Shown here: piece after piece, positions 49,848-62,232 of the stretch | Position numbering within the stretch: position 1 is the stretch's first letter | How the letters are laid out: each line of letters starts with the position of its first letter | From: Nitrospinota bacterium | Lineage (GTDB): Bacteria; Nitrospinota_A; UBA7883 | Reading direction: 5' to 3' | Assembly: GCA_016207925.1 (NCBI GenBank) | Contig: JACQZB010000052.1 | Span: 11,792-75,791, forward strand | DNA: 64,000 bases | Translations under genes and position numbers: made by a program | The notes under the pieces: model-generated | The model's database searches: none | Told to the model about the DNA's origin: nothing | Seen by the model: only the letters and a program-made list of their open reading frames with translations

Positions 49848-50594
49848 ATGGACGAGCGGACGACACGCAGGCCCGTAAGCGCCGGGGCGGAGGCGGAACT
49901 GGGGAAAATATACAAAGTCCATGAACACGGCGAGGTGGAGTTGGTGGACTATCTCGGCGATGACCGGGCCGTGGCCCGCGCCGCGCGCACTTCGTACCAG
50001 AAGGCGGACGGCAAGAACGAGGAAGCCGACCGCAAACTGATTCTGCGCCTGTGGCGCGACCGGCACACCAGCCCGTTTGAGATGATCCAGGTCACCTTCC
50101 GTATCCGCCTGCCCATATTCGTGATGCGCCAGCATGTGCGGCACCGCACCGCGTCGCTCAACGAGTGGTCGTTCCGTTATACCGAATGTCCGGAGTTGTT
50201 CTATGTCCCCGCCCATGACGACGTGCGCGGGCAGCACGCCGCCAACAAGCAGATGAGCGGCGCCGCGCTGGCGGAGGATACCGCGTCCCGCGCCCGCGCG
50301 CTAATGGACAGCCAGAATCACGAGGCGTACCGCGCCTACCAGCAACTGCTTGAGCTTGGGGTGGCGCGGGAACAGGCGCGGGTGGTGCTGCCCGTGTCGG
50401 CCTATACGCAGATCGTGTGGAACATTGACATGCGCAATCTGCTCCACTATTTCTCCCTGCGCCTGTCGCCGGACGCGCAAAAGGAAATCCGCGACTACGC
50501 CCAGGTCATGGCCGGCGTCGTCCAACGCGGCTGGCCGATGATCTGGGAAGCGTTCGAGCCGGGATACGCCGGATCCACGCCGCCGGTGGTTTAG
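49848..50594 (+). CDS. thyX: FAD-dependent thymidylate synthase
   Basis: ORF 49749..50594, ATG 49848 after GGGAGGAAGGGAA. ThyX RHRxxS motif (RHRTAS). Confidence 0.85.
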   Translation: MDERTTRRPVSAGAEAELGKIYKVHEHGEVELVDYLGDDRAVARAARTSYQKADGKNEEADRKLILRLWRDRHTSPFEMIQVTFRIRLPIFVMRQHVRHRTASLNEWSFRYTECPELFYVPAHDDVRGQHAANKQMSGAALAEDTASRARALMDSQNHEAYRAYQQLLELGVAREQARVVLPVSAYTQIVWNIDMRNLLHYFSLRLSPDAQKEIRDYAQVMAGVVQRGWPMIWEAFEPGYAGSTPPVV

Positions 50595-50610
50595 CGCTCC
50601 TTCTTAGCCA

Positions 50611-52881
50611 ATGACGGCCCGTTCCCCAGATTCACTTCTGACTGCGCTGGGGGCGGGCGCGCTGGCGGGCGCGTCCGTGGGTTTTTTCGAGTGGATCGCC
50701 GCCCTGATCTCCAACGGGGCCACGGTGGGTGTACCTCAAATCAGCGCGCTGGCTTGGGAAATTCCTGCGCTGGGATCACTCGGCGTCGCGGTGGGGGCTG
50801 GCCTCAACGTGTTAGCCCGCGCAAGCGGGGGGCTTGGTCCGTGGTTTGCGCGCATCATGTTCGCCGCGGCTTTGACCTTGGTTCCCGCGATCACACTGGG
50901 CTGGATGGGCGCGCCGGTGGGGGCGGTGGGCGTAGCGGGCGCCTACCGGCTCTGGAGACGGCCCGATCCGCGCGGTCTGACAATCCTTATCCTGTGGGCG
51001 CTGTTGTTCATCGCTCTTCACCCCCTGTTTGGCGGGGCGACCCTGCGCCTTGTCTATACCATTCCCCAGCAGATGACCATAATCATCATCACCATGGCGG
51101 CGGGTGGCGCCCTGGCATGGCTTGCCGTGGGCGGCGCGCGCCCTGCAAGCCTTGCGCTGGTGTTTGGCGCGGTGACTCTTACGCTGGCCTTGACGTGGGT
51201 AAGTTCAATATTCCTGGTACGGTTGTGGGGCTTTTCCACCATGGAGTATGTGCAGATGGTGGTCATGGCCGTCATGGTGGCGCTTATGCGCCACCCCGCG
51301 CTGCGCTTGATCGAAACGCTTGCGCGCCGGGGCATACGCGGTGTCCAGTGGGTCATACTCGTTGTGCCCGCGCTCATCATCGCCTTGGGCCCCTTTGCCG
51401 GAAACGGCTACGCTTTAACGCGAGGCTTTCTGGTGGACCATGCGCCCCACGGCGCGTTGCTGATGCGCGTGGCGGCGGATGCGGTTGACCGCGATGGCGA
51501 CGGCTACAGCCCGCTTTTTGGTTTCGGCGACTGCGATGACGGCGATCCAGCGCTGAATCCCGGCGCGGTTGATGTGCCCGGCGACGGAATTGATCAGAAC
51601 TGTTTCGCGGGCGGCCTAACCAGCGTGGCGCATCCTTATTTCAATTTGTCCCCCTGGCCGACCCCTCCTGCCTCCGGAGGGAAACCCCGCCGTGTAGCCA
51701 TCATGGTTATTATTGACACGCTTCGGGCCGATGCGGTGGATTACGCCGCGGGCGGCGCATCGCGCACGCCTGTGTTGTCTGAAATCGCGTCACGCGGGAT
51801 TCGCTACCAGAACGCGCGCGCGCAATCGAATAACACGGGGGAATCAACTCCGTACTTTTTCCAGCTTGGGTACCGCGCGCTTCCCGTGTATGACTCCCGC
51901 CTGGGGGTAGTCCCGTTGCTGAATCGCGCGGGTGTATGCACGGCGGGATTGCTGCAAGCCAGTGTGAAAGAATGGTGGGGAACACTTGGGCTGGAGGAGG
52001 TGCTGTTCGATTTTAACCATGTGGAACGGCCCGAATCCGGCATACGTTCCTTCCCCCTGGCTGAAATGGGACGGCGCGCCGGCGCCTTGCTTGACCAATG
52101 CCCTCCAGAGCAGGACGCCTTCCTGATGGTTCATTACGAATCGTTGCACGACACCTTCGCCCACCTTGCCAGCGCCGCTCCCCTTGAGGGCGGGCGGCGG
52201 ATGGATTCAGCCGCGCAATTGCTGGCGTTGGCGCGCCCGGCGAGACTTGCCGAAACGATGCGCGCGCACTACCTGCGGACGGTGGGCGCCATTGACCAGT
52301 CGCTGCGTCCATTGTGGGAGCGGGCGCGCGAAATTGACAAGGATGCCGAGGTAATGTTTATCGTCACCTCCGATCATGGGGAAGAGTTTTTTGAACACGG
52401 GGGATTCTTTCACATGGGTTCGCTGCATGAAGAGGTGTTGCGGATCCCCTTGCTGGTTTATGGCGGGGGCGCGCGTCCGGGTATCGCGGATGAAAATGTG
52501 GGCGCCTACCATGTTCCCGCCACGTTGCTTGGGTTCTTCGGTTTCAGCGGGCCGATGATTGAGCCGCTGGATTTGCGGGGGGGGCGAGCGCGCAATGCGG
52601 GGATATTCGCCCACTACTCATGGAAATACCTGATGGACCGCCGTTCGTTCATGGTGATGGAGGGGAGCCTGAAACTGGTTTACCAGCAGGCGGAGAATAT
52701 CAAGCGGCTTTACGATCTCGCCACGGATCCGCAAGAACGCCGCGACCTTTCCGGAGACCCGCGCTACGCGGCGCGGCTCCACGGACTGGAGGAACAACTC
52801 GACCGGATCATTTACTACATCAATTATGGAGATATGGCGATGAAGCGGAAAACGCGCCATCCACCGGCAGCCATACCGTAA
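50611..52881 (+). CDS. polytopic membrane protein with C-terminal sulfatase/alkaline-phosphatase-superfamily domain and an Asp/Cys-rich putative metal-binding repeat
   Basis: 756 aa. About 10 N-terminal TM helices. DGDGYSPLFGFGDCDDGDPALNPGA...DGIDQNC repeat. AP-superfamily core (VAIMVIIDTLRADAVDY, TSDHGEEF). Confidence 0.65.
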   Translation: MTARSPDSLLTALGAGALAGASVGFFEWIAALISNGATVGVPQISALAWEIPALGSLGVAVGAGLNVLARASGGLGPWFARIMFAAALTLVPAITLGWMGAPVGAVGVAGAYRLWRRPDPRGLTILILWALLFIALHPLFGGATLRLVYTIPQQMTIIIITMAAGGALAWLAVGGARPASLALVFGAVTLTLALTWVSSIFLVRLWGFSTMEYVQMVVMAVMVALMRHPALRLIETLARRGIRGVQWVILVVPALIIALGPFAGNGYALTRGFLVDHAPHGALLMRVAADAVDRDGDGYSPLFGFGDCDDGDPALNPGAVDVPGDGIDQNCFAGGLTSVAHPYFNLSPWPTPPASGGKPRRVAIMVIIDTLRADAVDYAAGGASRTPVLSEIASRGIRYQNARAQSNNTGESTPYFFQLGYRALPVYDSRLGVVPLLNRAGVCTAGLLQASVKEWWGTLGLEEVLFDFNHVERPESGIRSFPLAEMGRRAGALLDQCPPEQDAFLMVHYESLHDTFAHLASAAPLEGGRRMDSAAQLLALARPARLAETMRAHYLRTVGAIDQSLRPLWERAREIDKDAEVMFIVTSDHGEEFFEHGGFFHMGSLHEEVLRIPLLVYGGGARPGIADENVGAYHVPATLLGFFGFSGPMIEPLDLRGGRARNAGIFAHYSWKYLMDRRSFMVMEGSLKLVYQQAENIKRLYDLATDPQERRDLSGDPRYAARLHGLEEQLDRIIYYINYGDMAMKRKTRHPPAAIP

Positions 52882-54538
52882 ACGTGGAGCCTTTGTCATG
52901 GCGCGAGGTCACCGTCACCTTGCCTCCATGCGCCTCCACGATTTTTTGCACGGTGGGCAGGCCCAGGCCCGTGCCGAATGGCTTGGTGGTGAAAAACGGC
53001 TCGAACAGGTGCGCGCGCGCTTCCAGCGATATGCCTTCGCCGCTGTCCTCAAAAGAGAGGCGCACGGCCATGGCTCCGTCCGCGCGGCCGGGCATGGAAA
53101 CGCGCGCCGCGCCGACACGCAGAACGCCCCCATGCGGCATGGCGTCGAGCGCATTAACGCACAGATTCCAAAGAACTTGACGTATCTGCCCGGTGTCCAC
53201 CCAGGCCGTGGTGTCCCCCTCGAACCGTGATTCAAACCTGACGCCGCGGTTGCGGTTGGTGTCGGATTCAAGCAGGGCGACAGTTTCCTCAATCAACTCG
53301 CGCAAATCGGCGGATTCGGCGTTGATCTTGGCGGGGGCCGCGAATCCGAGGAACTGTGTGATGATGCGATTGAGGCGGCTTGTTTCGCGGGCCATGATGT
53401 TCATCAGCCGCTGGTTCTGCTCATTGAGCAAACCCGCCAGATCGCTCTCAAGCATTTGCATGGAACCGGATATCGAGGCCAGCGGGTTGCGGATTTCATG
53501 AGCCACGCCCGCCGCCACACGTCCAATCGCCGCCATCCGTTCGGCGTTGGCCACTTGGCGCTCCATTTCCTTCAATTCACTGACATCATGAAACACGGCG
53601 ATAAACCCGTGGGTGCGGCCCCCGGTGGCGAACTTGGTGAGCGAAAGCGTAAGGTTTAGTTCCCGGCCGTAGGGCGCTGGGTAACTCCAAGTGAAGAGCC
53701 GGGATGTCTCGCCGGTACCCGCCATGCCGGCGATGGCTTCAGTGATTTTGGGCAAATCCAGTGTGTCGCGGGCCGGATGGCCGTCAATACGAACGGGGGG
53801 AAGCACCAGTATCCGCTCCGCGGCGGGATTATGAGACAGAATGACGCCGTCAAGACCGATTGCAAGGAATCCCAGATCCATGCTCTTAAGCACGTTTTCA
53901 TGGAAGGCCTTGAGCATGGTGAAGTCTTCGCTTTTGCGCCGCAGTTCCTGCCCTGTTTCGCTGATCACGCCCGAAAAATAGTTGCTGATGGTGGCCACAA
54001 GGAAAAATATGGTGACATTGACAAACCATGAGGTGAAAAAGAAATACAGGTTGCGCGCATCGGTGATGGGCGGGAATGCGTCATAAGGGTTTATTAGCCT
54101 GAAATATTCGAGGGACAGCAGCCCGCCATACAACAGCGCCGCGGCGCCCGCGTACCAAAAACTGGCGCGCCGCGCCTGGAAGTAGGAGGCGGCGACGATT
54201 ACGAGCACGTAATTGAACGACAGCGGACTGTTGACCCCGCCGGTGGCGTACACCACCCAACTGACCAGCAGCAGGTCCAGCGTCAGTTGAAGGTAAGCGA
54301 ACAGCGCCGTGCTGCCAGCCAGCTTGAGGTAGATGAGGTAGGCGATGGAAAGAAGATAGGTGGCGGCGATGGGGGCCAGCATGGCGGGCAGCATCTTGGA
54401 TTGCTGGCCGTAGCGGTACTGGTAGAAGACCACCAGCCCCATGAAGAACGAGATGAGCGCGAGCCGCGCCGCAAGCAGGGCGCGTACACCCGTGTGGCGG
54501 CGCGGCGCCGCGCCTGAATCCAGAACTAAATCCGCCAT
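52820..54538 (-). CDS. PilS-like sensor histidine kinase (multi-TM N-terminus, PAS, HisKA, HATPase)
   Basis: 572 aa. Six N-terminal TM helices, PAS-like region, H-box (HEIRNPL), and N, G1 and G2 boxes (GTGLGLPTV). Adjacent to pilC and pilT. Confidence 0.75.
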   Translation of the reverse strand: MADLVLDSGAAPRRHTGVRALLAARLALISFFMGLVVFYQYRYGQQSKMLPAMLAPIAATYLLSIAYLIYLKLAGSTALFAYLQLTLDLLLVSWVVYATGGVNSPLSFNYVLVIVAASYFQARRASFWYAGAAALLYGGLLSLEYFRLINPYDAFPPITDARNLYFFFTSWFVNVTIFFLVATISNYFSGVISETGQELRRKSEDFTMLKAFHENVLKSMDLGFLAIGLDGVILSHNPAAERILVLPPVRIDGHPARDTLDLPKITEAIAGMAGTGETSRLFTWSYPAPYGRELNLTLSLTKFATGGRTHGFIAVFHDVSELKEMERQVANAERMAAIGRVAAGVAHEIRNPLASISGSMQMLESDLAGLLNEQNQRLMNIMARETSRLNRIITQFLGFAAPAKINAESADLRELIEETVALLESDTNRNRGVRFESRFEGDTTAWVDTGQIRQVLWNLCVNALDAMPHGGVLRVGAARVSMPGRADGAMAVRLSFEDSGEGISLEARAHLFEPFFTTKPFGTGLGLPTVQKIVEAHGGKVTVTSRHDKGSTFTVWLPVDGAFSASSPYLHN

Positions 54539-54572
54539 GGGCGCTTGCGGGTTGTTGGGCCGCCCTTTACGG

Positions 54573-55631
54573 CTACCCCACCACGTCGCCGAGCTGGAAT
54601 ATGGGCATGTACATGGCGATGACCACGAAACCCACCACGACGCCCAGGAACACCATCAACGCAGGCTCCAGCAACGAGGTAAGCCCTTCCACCGCCGTGT
54701 CCACCTCCTCGTCGTAGAAGTCGGCGATCTTGTTCATCATCGCGTCCAGCGCGCCGGTCTGCTCGCCCACTTCGATCATCTGCACCACCATGGTGGGGAA
54801 CACGCCCTGTTCCTTAAGCGGCTCGGACAGGCCCTTGCCCTGTTTGATGTCGTCAATGACGCCGAGCACGGCCAACTCTATGACTTTCTGGCCGGCGGTG
54901 CGGGCGGTGATCTCCAGCCCTTCAATAATCGGCACGCCGGAAGAAATGAGCGTACCCATGGTGCGGGTGAACTTGGCCACCGCCACTTTTTGTATCAACT
55001 CGCCCAGGACGGGCAGCCGGATGAATATCCGGTCGGTCATGATCAGGCCCTTTTCGGTTTTGCGGAATTGGACGAAGGCGTACACCGCCAGAAGGAAGAT
55101 GACCACCGCCACGGCCACGGTGACAATGGCCGCGGGATATACCATGGCCGATTTGATTTTGCCCTTGAGGGCCATGGCCTTTTCCATGTAGTCGGCGAGG
55201 CGCAGCAGGATTTTGTCCAGGATACCGCCGGTTTCGCCGGCTTCGATCATGTTGGTGTACAGGTTGTCGAACACCTTGGGGTGCTTGCGCAGGGCGTCGG
55301 CGAAGGTGTCGCCGGTTTCAACGCGCTGGCGGATGTCGGTGATGGCCTTGCCGAACATCTTGTTTTCCGTGGCGCCCGCGAGGATGTTGAGGCATTGGAC
55401 CAGCGGCAGGCCGGCGGCGATCATGGTGGCGAACTGGCGCGTGAAGATAACGATGTCCTTGGCGGTAGGACCGCCCCCAAACAGCACGATGTCCTTGCCC
55501 TTGGGTTTAATCGAGGTGAAATTTATTTTCTGGCGGGACAGTATCGCCTTGGCGGCTTCAATGGTATCTGCCTCGATTTCGCCTTCGCGGGTTCCTACTT
55601 TCGTCGCGTACTTGTATTTGAAGCTCGGCAT
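54573..55631 (-). CDS. pilC: type IV pilus / T2SS platform protein PilC/GspF family
   Basis: 352 aa. Duplicated GspF-type cytoplasmic domains with TM helices (LPLVQCLNILAGATEN, GVPIIEGLEITART). Confidence 0.8.
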   Translation of the reverse strand: MPSFKYKYATKVGTREGEIEADTIEAAKAILSRQKINFTSIKPKGKDIVLFGGGPTAKDIVIFTRQFATMIAAGLPLVQCLNILAGATENKMFGKAITDIRQRVETGDTFADALRKHPKVFDNLYTNMIEAGETGGILDKILLRLADYMEKAMALKGKIKSAMVYPAAIVTVAVAVVIFLLAVYAFVQFRKTEKGLIMTDRIFIRLPVLGELIQKVAVAKFTRTMGTLISSGVPIIEGLEITARTAGQKVIELAVLGVIDDIKQGKGLSEPLKEQGVFPTMVVQMIEVGEQTGALDAMMNKIADFYDEEVDTAVEGLTSLLEPALMVFLGVVVGFVVIAMYMPIFQLGDVVG

Positions 55632-55659
55632 CGTGTCACCTTGGTTTCATGCGGCGTTG

Positions 55660-56397
55660 TCAGGCCAGTTCCTTGCCGGTATCCACCAGCATTTTTCTGA
55701 ATACGCGGTAGAACGCGTCGTTGTCGTTCATGGCTTTCTTGAGAATCAACTCGAAATTGCCAAAGTCGGACTCGTTGACCACAAGGTTGACGCTTCGCGA
55801 AAAGGCGGTCATGCTGTCGAGCGTCTTGAAGTTTTTCCCCGTCATGACCACGAACATGCCGCGCCGTGTATCCATGGGCAACGGTTCGAGGGTCTTGTGC
55901 AGCGTGTTATTGGCTGGATCGGCGCCGGCGAACCGCTCGTTGAGAATGATCAGGTCATAGCGGTTCAGGGCCATTTTCTGGATGCCTTCGTCATGGCTTT
56001 TGACGACGGTGATGACGTACTCCAGTTTCTTGAGCACCGGCATGAGGCGGTCAAGGTTGGCGTCCTCGGCCACCAGCGCGCGGAAACGCCCTTCGCCCAG
56101 CATGTCCAGTTCGCTTTCGACGGCCTCGCGCATGTCCGGCAGCGGCGGCGCTTTCAGCCCGCCCGCGGAGAGAATGGGCACGTCCTGCGTCTGGTCCAGC
56201 GGAGCAGGCGGGGTGGTCTCCGGGATGCCGCCCATGTCCGGCAGGCCCACGCCGGAGGTGGAGTCCGGCGGCCGCGAGACGCTCAAGGGCCTTTTGCAAC
56301 TGGGGCAATTGAAGGTCAGCGGACGGTCCGCGGGGATTTTATCGTCGGGTACGTTGATGACTTTTTCGCAGCCGTCGCACTTTACTTTCATGGTCAT
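55660..56397 (-). CDS. zinc-ribbon (MJ0042-type CxxC...CxxC) protein fused to a pseudo-receiver domain
   Basis: 245 aa. N-terminus MTMKVKCDGCEKVINV...NCPSCKRPLSV. C-terminal receiver-like fold with Asn at the phospho-acceptor position (YDLIILNERF). ATGA-coupled to pilT and lies between pilT and pilC. Confidence 0.55.
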   Translation of the reverse strand: MTMKVKCDGCEKVINVPDDKIPADRPLTFNCPSCKRPLSVSRPPDSTSGVGLPDMGGIPETTPPAPLDQTQDVPILSAGGLKAPPLPDMREAVESELDMLGEGRFRALVAEDANLDRLMPVLKKLEYVITVVKSHDEGIQKMALNRYDLIILNERFAGADPANNTLHKTLEPLPMDTRRGMFVVMTGKNFKTLDSMTAFSRSVNLVVNESDFGNFELILKKAMNDNDAFYRVFRKMLVDTGKELA

Positions 56398-57587
56398 TTC
56401 TTTTTCTTGACGACGCGCTTGAGCACGTCGTCATAGGCTTCATCCATGGCCAAGCCGCCGATGTCGGTGGTGCTCTCGCCGCGGGCGGCCTTGATCCGGT
56501 CAATCTCGCGGCCTACCAGAGCCTTGCGCGAAGCGTAGGCCACGGCGGTTTCCTCGGAGATCAGCCCCTTTTCGTACATCTCAAGCATGTTCTGGTCGAA
56601 GGTGCGCCAGCCCCATTCGCGCGGCTTGGCGGTGATGATGTCGTAAAACGTTTTACCCTCTTCCTCGCCGTTGAGGATGGCGTCCTTCACCCGCAAGTCC
56701 ATGCCCATGATCTCGAACGCCGCCACGCGCCCGCCGCCCACCTTGGGGAGCAGGCGTTGGCACACGATCCAGCGCAGCGATTCCGCAAGGCGGATGCGGA
56801 TGAGCTTTTCCTCCTCCAGTTCGAACATGCCGATGATGCGGTTGATGGTCTGCCCCGCGTCCACGGTGTGCAGGGTGCTCATGACCAGGTGGCCCGTTTC
56901 GGCGGCGGTCATGGAGATTTCCATGGTTTCACGGTCGCGCGATTCGCCGACGAGGATGACCTTGGGCGCCTGGCGCAGCGCGGCGCGCAGGCCGTTGGCG
57001 AAGTTGTCGAAATCCTGCCCCATTTCGCGTTGGTTGAAGGTGGCTTTGTGGTGCGGGTGGGAAAATTCCACCGGGTCTTCCAGTGTCACCACGTGGATCG
57101 CTTTCTTCATATTGATGTCGCACAACATGGCGGCCAGCGAGGTGGTTTTGCCGGAACCGGTGGCGCCGGTCACCAGCACCAGGCCGTTTTTCTCCTCGGA
57201 GATTTTATGGAACACCTTGGGCAGGTCCATTTCCTCCACGGTGGGGATTTTCGTCGCCAGCCGCCGCAATACCAGCGAGTAGGTGTTGCGTTGGGAGAAG
57301 ATGTTTACGCGGAACCGGGCGCGCCCCTTGAGGTAGTACGAGGTGTCCGCGGAGCCGTTGATGAGCAGGTTCCTGGTGAGCCGGGGATCGTTGCTGACGA
57401 TGGTCATGGCGATCTGCTCGGTCTGGAACGGTGTCAGTTTCCAGACCGGCGGCTGGATGGGAACTTCCGTCAACAGGCCGGAGGCTTCCACCTGCAAGGG
57501 CTTGCCGACGGTGAAATTGAGGTCAGAGACACCCTGGTTGCTGTCGAGCATCGTGCTCAAGATGAAGTCCAGGTCGGTCTGCTTCAT
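56394..57587 (-). CDS. pilT: type IV pilus retraction ATPase PilT/PilU family
   Basis: ORF 56394..57647, ATG 57587. Walker A (VTGATGSGKTTSLAAM), Asp/His boxes, and the usual PilT core. Confidence 0.85.
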   Translation of the reverse strand: MKQTDLDFILSTMLDSNQGVSDLNFTVGKPLQVEASGLLTEVPIQPPVWKLTPFQTEQIAMTIVSNDPRLTRNLLINGSADTSYYLKGRARFRVNIFSQRNTYSLVLRRLATKIPTVEEMDLPKVFHKISEEKNGLVLVTGATGSGKTTSLAAMLCDINMKKAIHVVTLEDPVEFSHPHHKATFNQREMGQDFDNFANGLRAALRQAPKVILVGESRDRETMEISMTAAETGHLVMSTLHTVDAGQTINRIIGMFELEEEKLIRIRLAESLRWIVCQRLLPKVGGGRVAAFEIMGMDLRVKDAILNGEEEGKTFYDIITAKPREWGWRTFDQNMLEMYEKGLISEETAVAYASRKALVGREIDRIKAARGESTTDIGGLAMDEAYDDVLKRVVKKKK

Positions 57588-57687
57588 CGGCTGCCCTCGT
57601 AAGTTGTTCAGGCCGCGTATTCGCCCCGCATGGCGATGCGGTTGCAATTATATAAAAAATAAGGTTTTCGGACAAATGAAAAGTGGT

Positions 57688-58863
57688 TCATGTCCGCTCT
57701 GGTCCGCTGGTGAATTGCTTTGCCAGCCGCAGCGTCTGGTTGTGATAGTTGCTCCCGATCTCCGCGCCATACCAGATGGAGGGTTCCGCCACCATGCGCT
57801 CATACTTCATTTTGAAGAGTACCTGGCCGTCCTCGATGGCGAAAGGCACGTCATGGGGGCGGACTTCCAGCACCGCCTTGGTACCCTTGATCTCCCCCGC
57901 GCGCCCATAGCCGAAACCGGGATCGAAAAATCCCGCGTAGTGGGTGCGAAGCTCGCCGGAACCCGCGTCGAATTCCACCATCTCCGCCGCGCAGGAAAGC
58001 GGTACGCGAATGCGCTCCTTGGAGGCGAATATATAAAATTCCTCCGGCTCCAGGATCAGCCGTCCGCTTTTGGGGGGCATGATCGGGTCCCAAAAATCAT
58101 CGGCGTCATACGCGCCTACACGGTCGAGGTCAATAACCTGACTGTTCTTGCGGGCGCGGTAGCCGATGGGAGCGCCTTCGCCGTTGGGCGCGGTCAAGTC
58201 CACCCCCATGAGCACACCGTCAAAACGGGCCGCGAGTTCGGAGTCGAAAACTTCACCGTCATCGGTGTAAAGCATCTGATCATTCAGGTACCGTTCACGC
58301 AACTCCTGGCCCTGAATCGGCTCGGTGTCCACGTAAAAAAGACGAAGCTGGTTCAGCCTCATACCCGTCCGCACCTTGACGGTAAAGGAGCGCGGCACCA
58401 CTTCAAGGTATAGATGCCCCGCGTATCCCGGCGCGATGTCTTCGAACCGGTTGGAACAATCCGTGATGACGCGGGTAAATATATCGAGCCGCCCGGTGGA
58501 GCTTTTGGGATTGGTTTTGCCCTTGATATTGGAGGGGAGCCGAAGCGATTCCACCAACGGGATCAGGTACACCGCCTCGCGCTCCAGGATGCCCCCCTCG
58601 TTCAGGTCCACCTTATACATGATAAGGTCTTGCATCCGGTCCTGCACCAGGTGTTGTTGCGGCAGGAAACTGGACTGAAGCCGGTAGGCCACATGCCCAA
58701 GGCGAAGGTCAATGGACGCTGGCTGGATTTGGACGGCCCGGTCAATATGATCCGGCGTAATTCCTCCTGTGGTGTGAACAATCCGCCCTTCATCTATCAG
58801 GCCCGTTAAATCGGCGGCGGGCAGCACACCCCCCTTTGGCGGCAGGTTCATTGTCGTTTTCAT
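57688..58863 (-). CDS. 2'-deoxycytidine 5'-triphosphate deaminase (DCD)-like protein
   Basis: 391 aa. Resembles the long-form DCD/dUTPase-superfamily proteins. Assignment is by overall pattern only. Confidence 0.45.
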   Translation of the reverse strand: MKTTMNLPPKGGVLPAADLTGLIDEGRIVHTTGGITPDHIDRAVQIQPASIDLRLGHVAYRLQSSFLPQQHLVQDRMQDLIMYKVDLNEGGILEREAVYLIPLVESLRLPSNIKGKTNPKSSTGRLDIFTRVITDCSNRFEDIAPGYAGHLYLEVVPRSFTVKVRTGMRLNQLRLFYVDTEPIQGQELRERYLNDQMLYTDDGEVFDSELAARFDGVLMGVDLTAPNGEGAPIGYRARKNSQVIDLDRVGAYDADDFWDPIMPPKSGRLILEPEEFYIFASKERIRVPLSCAAEMVEFDAGSGELRTHYAGFFDPGFGYGRAGEIKGTKAVLEVRPHDVPFAIEDGQVLFKMKYERMVAEPSIWYGAEIGSNYHNQTLRLAKQFTSGPERT

Positions 58864-58954
58864 AGTGTTTGACGGAAGTCAGCGGCATACTATATCATCA
58901 ATCATTTAACTCAAACAAGGCGCGCGGCGCGCGGCGCTTTTGGGACATTAGACG

Positions 58955-60658
<1,704 letters not shown>

Positions 60659-60670
60659 GGGGAGGGGAGG

Positions 60671-61162
60671 ATGCGGCACACGATCTCGGTGCTGGTGGAA
60701 AACAAATTCGGCGTGCTCTCCCGCATCGCCGGGTTGTTCTCCGGGCGCGGATTCAATATCGAATCGCTTTCCGTGGCGCCCACGCTGGACAGTTCCACCA
60801 GCCGCATGACCATCGTCACCCGAGGCGACGACGACATCGTGGAGCAGATCACCAAACAGCTTAACAAGCTCATTGACGTGATCAAGGTGGTGGACTTCAC
60901 CCGCGACGAGGAGTTCGTGGAGCGCGAAATCGTGCTCGTCAAGCTTAACGCCGAACCGTCCAACCGGGCGGAGATCCTGCGAATGACGGAGATTTTCCGC
61001 GGCAAGGTGGTGGACGTCTCCGCGCGCACCTATACCATCGAGGTGACCGGGACCGAAGGCAAGGTCGGCGCGTTCATCGAGATGGTAAAGCCGCTGGGCG
61101 TCATCGAAATCGCCCGTAGCGGCAAGATCGCCATGTCCCGCGGCAAGAAAAGCCTGGGCTGA
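60671..61162 (+). CDS. ilvN: acetolactate synthase small (regulatory) subunit
   Basis: 163 aa. ACT-domain N-terminus (MRHTISVLVENKFGVLSRIAGLFSGRGFNIESL). Confidence 0.9.
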   Translation: MRHTISVLVENKFGVLSRIAGLFSGRGFNIESLSVAPTLDSSTSRMTIVTRGDDDIVEQITKQLNKLIDVIKVVDFTRDEEFVEREIVLVKLNAEPSNRAEILRMTEIFRGKVVDVSARTYTIEVTGTEGKVGAFIEMVKPLGVIEIARSGKIAMSRGKKSLG

Positions 61163-61184
61163 CGTGGACCGGCGCAACCCCTAA

Positions 61185-62225
<1,041 letters not shown>

Positions 62226-62232
62226 CCGGAAC

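Noticed and set aside
48514-49866. 450-aa - strand ORF
   Set aside because: Antisense to gltX.
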